Positions 17,068 to 23,049 of a stretch of 23,049 bases of DNA are shown here, piece after piece (the stretch's first letter is position 1; every line of letters starts with the position of its first letter). Origin of the DNA: Snowella sp. (lineage in GTDB: Bacteria; Cyanobacteriota; Cyanobacteriia; Cyanobacteriales; Microcystaceae); the NCBI GenBank assembly GCA_035285545.1, contig JAYKGY010000133.1, positions 1-23,049 on the forward strand. Reading direction: 5' to 3'. The notes beneath the pieces were generated by a model, which was not told where the DNA came from, made no database searches, and saw only the letters and a program-made list of their open reading frames with translations. Made by a program: the position numbers and the translations under genes.

Positions 17068-17403
17068 TCAAAGCCGTATGGTCGGTATCGGTTGAGTCGG
17101 AAATCCAGGAGAAACGGTTTGAGCTTGGGGTTGGGGAGTGACCGTTCTTCCGCTTTGGAAAATATATTCCCGAATAGGTGGAGATTCAGCCTGCATAGTA
17201 GACAGATCGGTACTGGGGGGAACTGGTAATTCGGGATGATCGTCGGCAGGATTATAAATCGTTGGCGGTAAACTCTGGGGCACTCTCAGCAGCGATGGCG
17301 TGGGTAATTCTGAGATTAATGCGACTTGGGCATAACTCGGTAACGGGCTAGCAACCAGAAAAAGGCTACTCAGGAAAAAAGGAGACAAAGCAGAAAGCTT
17401 CAT
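17068..17403 (-). CDS. Pro-rich secreted hypothetical protein, possibly truncated
   Basis: Signal-peptide-like MKLSALSPFFLSSLFLVASPLPSYAQ followed by low-complexity Pro/Ser/Thr sequence. ATG at 17403 preferred. Confidence 0.6.
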   Translation of the reverse strand: MKLSALSPFFLSSLFLVASPLPSYAQVALISELPTPSLLRVPQSLPPTIYNPADDHPELPVPPSTDLSTMQAESPPIREYIFQSGRTVTPQPQAQTVSPGFPTQPIPTIRL

Positions 17404-17560
17404 AACAACACGCCTGCATAATTCAACTGACCTCACACCTTAGACGAAAAGAGCAGTGGAAAAAAAGCTTTTGTCCGGTGGCTTTCCCCTGAATTGTAAA
17501 CTGAAATGTTAGCCTAGAGTAAGGTCAATTGTTAAGTCTGCTCATTTTTCCGGATTGAGA

Positions 17561-18628
17561 ATGGTTAAAAAAGTCGTTGTTGGCTTATCTGGTGGGGTCG
17601 ATAGCTCCGTTGCTGCGGCTGTGTTACACCGTCAGGGTTATGAAGTCGTGGGGTTAACGCTGTGGTTGATGAAAGGGAAGGGACAATGTTGTTCTGAAGG
17701 GATGGTAGATGCGGCTTCGATTTGTGAACAATTAGGCATCCCCCATGAAATTGTGGATACCCGTGATCTGTTCCAGACCTATATTGTGGATTATTTAGTA
17801 TCGGGTTATGAGGATGGGGTTACGCCTCTGCCCTGTTCTCAATGTAATAAGGCGGTCAAGTTTGGGCCGATGTTGCATTATGCCCAAGAAACTTTAGGGA
17901 TTAATAAAATTGCGACGGGGCATTATGCTCGGATTCAATATGACGAAACCACTCAACGCTACCAATTGCTGCGAGCCGTTGATCGCCATAAGGATCAATC
18001 CTATTTTCTTTATGACCTCAATCAAGACATTTTAGGGGCAACCCTTTTTCCCTTGGGTCACCAAACTAAAACGGAAACCCGCAAAATTGCCAATGAGTTT
18101 GCCCTCAGTACGGCAGAAAAACCCGACAGTCAAGATCTCTGTTTGATCGAATCTCACGGTTCGATGCGGGATTTTCTCAATAAATACATTGCAGCAAAGG
18201 AAGGCGAAATTGTCGATCTCTCCGGTAAAGTCTTGGGTAAACACCAAGGCATTCATCATTACACCATTGGACAACGGAAAGGCATTGGGATTGCAGCCCC
18301 TGAACCCTTGTATGTGGTACAACTTGATCCAGTGATGAATCGGGTTGTGGTCGGCGATCGCCTTAGTGCGGGCAGTCTAGACTGTCATGTTAATCGCTTA
18401 AATTGGGTGTCTATTGCAGAACCCTCGGCTCCCATTCGCTGTGAAGTGCAAGTCCGCTATCGTTCTAGCCCCGTTCCTGTCAGTGTGATCCCCCTCGAAG
18501 GAGATCGCGTTAAACTGGTGTTTGATGAACCTCAATTTGGGATTACGCCTGGCCAAGCGGCTGTCTTTTATGACGGTGAGATTCTGTTAGGCGGCGGTAT
18601 TATTGAAAAAAATCAAGATGCTGTCTAG
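17561..18628 (+). CDS. mnmA: tRNA-specific 2-thiouridylase
   Basis: SGGVDS PP-loop, [46 protein letters not shown]. Confidence 0.97.
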   Translation: MVKKVVVGLSGGVDSSVAAAVLHRQGYEVVGLTLWLMKGKGQCCSEGMVDAASICEQLGIPHEIVDTRDLFQTYIVDYLVSGYEDGVTPLPCSQCNKAVKFGPMLHYAQETLGINKIATGHYARIQYDETTQRYQLLRAVDRHKDQSYFLYDLNQDILGATLFPLGHQTKTETRKIANEFALSTAEKPDSQDLCLIESHGSMRDFLNKYIAAKEGEIVDLSGKVLGKHQGIHHYTIGQRKGIGIAAPEPLYVVQLDPVMNRVVVGDRLSAGSLDCHVNRLNWVSIAEPSAPIRCEVQVRYRSSPVPVSVIPLEGDRVKLVFDEPQFGITPGQAAVFYDGEILLGGGIIEKNQDAV

Positions 18629-18667
18629 TTGAGTCAGGGTCAATCGTGGGATTACAGGAAAAACGCA

Positions 18668-20101
18668 ATGGCAACCAACAAAGACTATCGGGAATGGCAA
18701 CGACGACGCGGACAAAAGCCTAAACCGAAGCGATCTTTTTCCCCTTTCTGGCTGTTGGTGGCAGTCTGCTTGGGTGGGGCCTATGTCTATCGAGATGCCT
18801 TACCCGATTTAGCCTCACAGAAGGAAATTAAAGCCCTAGCGGATGCGGTTACAGAAAATCGCTTTCTCTCCTCTCCCTTGGTGCTGACAAAGCGAGTCAC
18901 GAATCCTGTTGCGGGTTATGCCGAAACCTTGGCTCTACCGAATGCTGAACAGTTGGATCGACAGGCTGCCTCGATTCAATATACCGGAAATTCTGTGAAG
19001 GAGTTAGCTGCTATTCTCAACGGTTACGCAACCACCGAAGCGGAAAAAGCTCGTTTGATCTATGCCTGGATCGGCCATCATGTTGCCTACGACGTGCAAG
19101 CGGTTTTACAAGACCGTCGGGGAAATTTAAGTCCCAAGGGGGTTCTCAGTAGCCGACTGACCATTTGTTCGGGCTATGCCAATCTGTATCAAGCTTTAGC
19201 TCAGGAAATGGGCTTAGAAGCCGTTATTATCGAAGGCTATGCCAAAGGCTCTAGCTATTTCGTTGGTGAAGACCGAGACATTAATCATGCTTGGAATGGG
19301 GTCAAGGTTAACGGCGGTTGGTATTTAGTGGATGTCACCTGGGGCGCAGGAACCATTGATAATCAGCAATTTAAGGCGAAATATAACCCTTATTACTTTG
19401 CGACTCTACCCGATGAATTAATTTATAGTCATTTTCCGGTAGAATCCCAATGGCAGCTTTTACCAACACTTTACACGAGAGCGGAGTTTGATCGTTTTCC
19501 CAATGTTTCGGCTCCCTTTTTCCGCGATCGCCTCCGATTATTAACCCATAACAGTAATGCAACGATCTCCAGTCATGGACGCTTAGAAATCCGCTTAGCC
19601 GTTCCCGATAATATTGTCTTAACGGCTCAACTCATCGATGAGTCTGGAAATAAATTAGGTCCCAACTATACCTTTGTACAAAAACAAGGGGATCAGTCCA
19701 GCGTCAATGTGGCTTTTCCAAGAGCCGGCCAATATCAATTAATTATTTTCTCGAAATCTAAGCAGCAAGAAATCTATCATCAAGCGATTAAATATAAAAT
19801 TCAAAGCACCGCATCCGCAGAACCGTTTCCGAGGATATATGGAACGTTTACCGAAAAAGAAGCCTCGGTTGATCTACCGTTAAAGCAGACTTTAGCCGTT
19901 AATCACGCCAGTTATTTTCAATTAAAAGTTGATGAAGCGATTAAAGTGATTGTGATCAATAAAAATACGAATAAATGGACAGAATTAACCCCCAGTAACG
20001 GTCTTTTTATCGGTTCAGTTGTGATTGATCCTGGAAAAACGATGATTGCAGCCCAATTTCCTGATAGTGATAAATATTGGACTTTATTGGAATATAATTA
20101 G
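18668..20101 (+). CDS. Membrane-anchored transglutaminase-like (CYK3/KY-type) cysteine peptidase
   Basis: N-terminal TM; Cys-His-Asp triad motifs TICSGYA, HAWN, LVDVTW; YF...P...IYSHFP....WQLL; beta-rich C-terminal domains. Start 18668 (ATG) preferred over 18629. Confidence 0.88.
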   Translation: MATNKDYREWQRRRGQKPKPKRSFSPFWLLVAVCLGGAYVYRDALPDLASQKEIKALADAVTENRFLSSPLVLTKRVTNPVAGYAETLALPNAEQLDRQAASIQYTGNSVKELAAILNGYATTEAEKARLIYAWIGHHVAYDVQAVLQDRRGNLSPKGVLSSRLTICSGYANLYQALAQEMGLEAVIIEGYAKGSSYFVGEDRDINHAWNGVKVNGGWYLVDVTWGAGTIDNQQFKAKYNPYYFATLPDELIYSHFPVESQWQLLPTLYTRAEFDRFPNVSAPFFRDRLRLLTHNSNATISSHGRLEIRLAVPDNIVLTAQLIDESGNKLGPNYTFVQKQGDQSSVNVAFPRAGQYQLIIFSKSKQQEIYHQAIKYKIQSTASAEPFPRIYGTFTEKEASVDLPLKQTLAVNHASYFQLKVDEAIKVIVINKNTNKWTELTPSNGLFIGSVVIDPGKTMIAAQFPDSDKYWTLLEYN

Positions 20102-20398
20102 CTTCATTGAGCTTTTTATCGTCAATTTTCAAGCTTCCCCGAAGACAAAAAACGCCAAGCTTCATAAAATTCAATCAATTTTATTTTGTCAATCAGAAAA
20201 ATCACTGACTTATCGACTTTGGTTACTTTAACTGTATTTTAACTAAGTAAATTTATTGATATTTATTGCGTAATTTGAATCAGTATTTGAATTGAATTTT
20301 AGCCTAAAAAAGCATAATTGACTGAGTAAAGCTGTTAAAATAGACAGTAAGGTAATATTAATAATGCACCTGCTTATCCAGTATTGGGTTAAAGATTA

Positions 20399-21532
20399 AT
20401 GGATATCCCTTCTATTCTTGTGGTTGATGACGAACCCGATAATTTTGATGTCATTGAAACACTGTTGAGCGCGCAAGACTATTATCTTCATTATGCAGCA
20501 AATGGTCAGGAAGCCCTGAAAATCCTTGATACCGTCAATCCTGACCTGATTTTAATGGATGTAATGATGCCGGGGTTAAATGGTATCGAAACCTGTAAAC
20601 AGATTAAAGCCAATGCTCAATGGAAAGCAGTTCCTATCATCATGGTAACGGCTTTATCAACGAAGGCTGATCTGGCCTTGTGTTTAGAGGCCGGTGCGGA
20701 CGATTTTCTGAGCAAACCCGTTAATCGGATTGAATTATCTGCTAGGGTTAAGTCCATGCTCCGGATTAAACAGCAATACGACACAATTCAAGCTTTTTCA
20801 GTTATTCAGCGAAATACTATCAATATTTTAGGACGGAATTTACAGGAATTAACTGGAAACCTAGTCTTTAGCCTATCAAAAGAATTAAATACTCCTGTTA
20901 GTGGAATTTCCAGCATTATTGAATTGTTAAAGGCTAATTTCGCAAAAATGGAGACAGCAGAAGTTCAAGTTCTTTTGGATTTAGCCGAGCAGTCAGTCCA
21001 GCAAGTGGAAAGATCTACCAATAAATTCCTATTATATTTAGAGTTGGAACTGGCTTCTATTCAACAGCAAATCCCCTCTGGGGAATCAGCAAAATTGCCC
21101 TTTGATATCGTACAATCCCGATTAAAAGCCCAAGCTGCCAAGGTAAATCGTAAAGATGACTTAGTTATCGATTGGCAAGAAATGGATGTACGTTTATCGG
21201 AACGGTATTTTTGGATTATTCTTCAAGAAATTGTTGATAATGCCCTCAAGTTTTCTTCGCCAGGTACGGAGATTTTGATTCAGAGCCAAGTCATTAACGG
21301 AATGCTAGAGATCACAGTGCAGGATTGGGGCAGGGGAATAGAACCTCAGAATATTGCGAAGATTGGGGCGTTTATGCAATTTGATCGGCAAGATCAGGAG
21401 CAATCCGGTACAGGCTTAGGGTTAGCGATTGTTAAGAAAATTGTTGATTTAGCGAAAGGTGAATTTTCTATTACGAGCGTTTATGGCAAAAAAACAATGG
21501 TCAAGGTGAGCTTACCCATTAAATTTATTTAA
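20399..21532 (+). CDS. Receiver + histidine-kinase-fold hybrid lacking the H-box His
   Basis: Intact REC (VVDD, LMDVMMPG, T, FLSKP). H-box reads SLSKELNTP. N (DNALKFS), G1 (DWGRG) and G2 (GTGLGL) boxes are present. Confidence 0.9.
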   Translation: MDIPSILVVDDEPDNFDVIETLLSAQDYYLHYAANGQEALKILDTVNPDLILMDVMMPGLNGIETCKQIKANAQWKAVPIIMVTALSTKADLALCLEAGADDFLSKPVNRIELSARVKSMLRIKQQYDTIQAFSVIQRNTINILGRNLQELTGNLVFSLSKELNTPVSGISSIIELLKANFAKMETAEVQVLLDLAEQSVQQVERSTNKFLLYLELELASIQQQIPSGESAKLPFDIVQSRLKAQAAKVNRKDDLVIDWQEMDVRLSERYFWIILQEIVDNALKFSSPGTEILIQSQVINGMLEITVQDWGRGIEPQNIAKIGAFMQFDRQDQEQSGTGLGLAIVKKIVDLAKGEFSITSVYGKKTMVKVSLPIKFI

Positions 21533-21590
21533 ATTTATTTGAATTTCAGCCCAGACTAACGGCGATCGCGTTTTGGATTTAAGCCAGGGG

Positions 21591-22832
21591 TTAACAATTC
21601 CCCATTGCTTGACCGGCCAAATATCCGGTTGTCCAGGCACTCTGGAAGTTGAAGCCGCCGGTTACCCCATCAATATCGAGAACTTCTCCTGCAAAAAATA
21701 AACCGGAACAGTGTTTGCTTTCCATTGTTTTGAAGTTTATTTCACTGAGTTTCACGCCACCACAGGTTACAAACTCTTCTTTAAAAACCCCTTTTCCGGT
21801 AATTTGATATTGACCTTGGAGCAATTCAAGGATTAACTGATTTAAAACTTTTTTTGAGAGATCGGCCCACAGCATTTTGGCATCAATCCCAACAGCAGCC
21901 GTTAAACTTTGCCAGAGGCGTTTGGGTAGGTCAACGGGGGAAACCGTCGCAATTTGTTTACGGGGTTGGGTTTGTTTGATATTGAATAACAGTTGTCGTA
22001 GGGTTTCCGCATTATGATTAGGCAGCCAGTTGATCATTAACGGCATTGTGTAATGGTGGTCATGAAGTAACCTTGCACCCCAAGCCGATAGCTTTAAAAT
22101 GGCCGGCCCGCTAACGCCCCAGTGGGTAATCAACAGCGGCCCCATCTGTTCTAGTTTTTGGTTATCCAACCCGATTAAACTCACCCGGACGGTTTCTACT
22201 GAAATTCCTGCGAGATCCGCTAGACGGGGATCTTTGATATTCAAGGTAAAGAGGGAGGGAACGGGCGGCTCGATGGTATGACCTAATTCTTTGGCCCAAC
22301 GATATCCCATGGGATTACTACCAGTTGCAATGAGGACGCGATCGCCGTTGAGAATTTCTCCCGTTTTAAGTTCTACCTGAAACTGTTCTCCTCGTTTTTG
22401 GATGGACTTAACCCCACTATGGGGACGCAAATGAACCCCGTGTTCCTTCGCCGTTTCGAGTAAACAATGGGCAATCGTTGCAGAATCGTCGGTAATCGGA
22501 AACATACGTCCATCTGCTTCGGTTTTTAACGTAACATCATGGGCGGCAAACCAAGCGATCGTATCTTTGGGCTGAAACCGGCTAAAGGCTCCCCGCAAAG
22601 CCTTACCGCCTCTGGGATAATACTGAACTAATTGGGATGGATCAAAACAATGATGGGTCACATTACACCGTCCGCCACCGGATATTTTTACCTTCGTCAG
22701 AAATTCACGACCAGCCTCTAACAAGGTAATACGAGTATGGGGAAAGGTTTCGGCACAAACAATAGCGGCAAAGAAGCCGGCCGCACCGCCGCCAATGATA
22801 ATAATTTGGGGTTGCTGATGATTATTTCCCAT
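21591..22832 (-). CDS. HI0933/YhiN/BaiN-family FAD-dependent oxidoreductase
   Basis: IIGGGAAG, KVKISGGGRCNVT, LITHWG.SGP, VT.GGV, GEVLDIDG.TGGFNFQ.A..TG. Confidence 0.95.
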   Translation of the reverse strand: MGNNHQQPQIIIIGGGAAGFFAAIVCAETFPHTRITLLEAGREFLTKVKISGGGRCNVTHHCFDPSQLVQYYPRGGKALRGAFSRFQPKDTIAWFAAHDVTLKTEADGRMFPITDDSATIAHCLLETAKEHGVHLRPHSGVKSIQKRGEQFQVELKTGEILNGDRVLIATGSNPMGYRWAKELGHTIEPPVPSLFTLNIKDPRLADLAGISVETVRVSLIGLDNQKLEQMGPLLITHWGVSGPAILKLSAWGARLLHDHHYTMPLMINWLPNHNAETLRQLLFNIKQTQPRKQIATVSPVDLPKRLWQSLTAAVGIDAKMLWADLSKKVLNQLILELLQGQYQITGKGVFKEEFVTCGGVKLSEINFKTMESKHCSGLFFAGEVLDIDGVTGGFNFQSAWTTGYLAGQAMGNC

Positions 22833-23040
22833 TTTGTAAGGCTGTTATATCACAAAAATATTTTATCATTTTCAGTTTTTGCTAACTTTAAATGGTGAAT
22901 CAAGAAGTTAACTTCAAGTTTTATTATAGCGTTTCTTTAATCTATGAGGTACAGTAACAACAATGAGTATACCAACTATGAATATCTTGTTGAGTAACCT
23001 CTAACATAGCCGATGTCACTCCATCAATTAGCTCTTTATA

Positions 23041-23049
23041 GGTTCTCGC
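23041..23049. mobile_element. Possible start of a second ISL3-like terminal inverted repeat
   Basis: The window ends in GGTTCTCGC after an AT-rich 8-mer, sharing GGTTCTC with the IR at 124. Only 9 bp are visible. Confidence 0.35.

Larger units (their letters stand above)
1019..22345. repeat. HIP1 octamer GCGATCGC, dispersed (~30 copies by eye)
   Basis: Examples at 1019, 2597, 3018, 3721, 4027, 5100, 6472, 8655, 11262, 15161, 16020, 19504 and 21562; a cyanobacterial hallmark. Confidence 0.95.

Noticed and set aside
7318..22281. Other nested ORFs (7318-7608, 11586-11783, 12531-12905, 12640-12978, 16167-16349, 18032-18322, 19371-19562, 20046-20231, 22099-22281)
   Set aside because: Antisense or out-of-frame shadows of longer genes; no supporting motifs.
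22904..22915. 12-bp palindrome GAAGTTAACTTC upstream of the HI0933-family gene
   Set aside because: Single occurrence with no match to an operator I can name.
124..23041. Composite transposon carrying the whole window
   Set aside because: The cargo is largely housekeeping genes, and the right end has only 9 visible bases.

Overview
Cyanobacterial chromosomal segment: about 30 HIP1 octamers (GCGATCGC) counted by eye, with a gene set typical of unicellular or colonial cyanobacteria. The left ~3.7 kb is an accessory, defence-like island. It starts with the left end of an ISL3-like insertion sequence (transposase start on the - strand) that seems to have cut the gene upstream of a degenerate-NTPase/TPR protein. 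That protein carries near-identical 120-bp repeats with hypervariable codons. A dense array of small toxin-antitoxin-type genes follows (hicAB, two orphan-looking small genes, DUF4926, DUF4160-DUF2442), four of them bracketed by a 25-bp HIP1-anchored direct repeat. The rest is mostly core genome: galE, a lipoprotein, an Ig-like/beta-propeller membrane protein, an amphipathic-repeat membrane protein, rimI, an ABC1/UbiB kinase, crtH, separate thiO and thiG, mnmA, a transglutaminase-like protein and a HI0933-family flavoprotein. Not shown in the ORF track are an IsaR1-like iron-stress sRNA with its promoter and two Fur-type boxes between crtH and thiO. Both histidine kinases in the window lack the phospho-acceptor His. 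All calls come from reading motifs; no searches were run.
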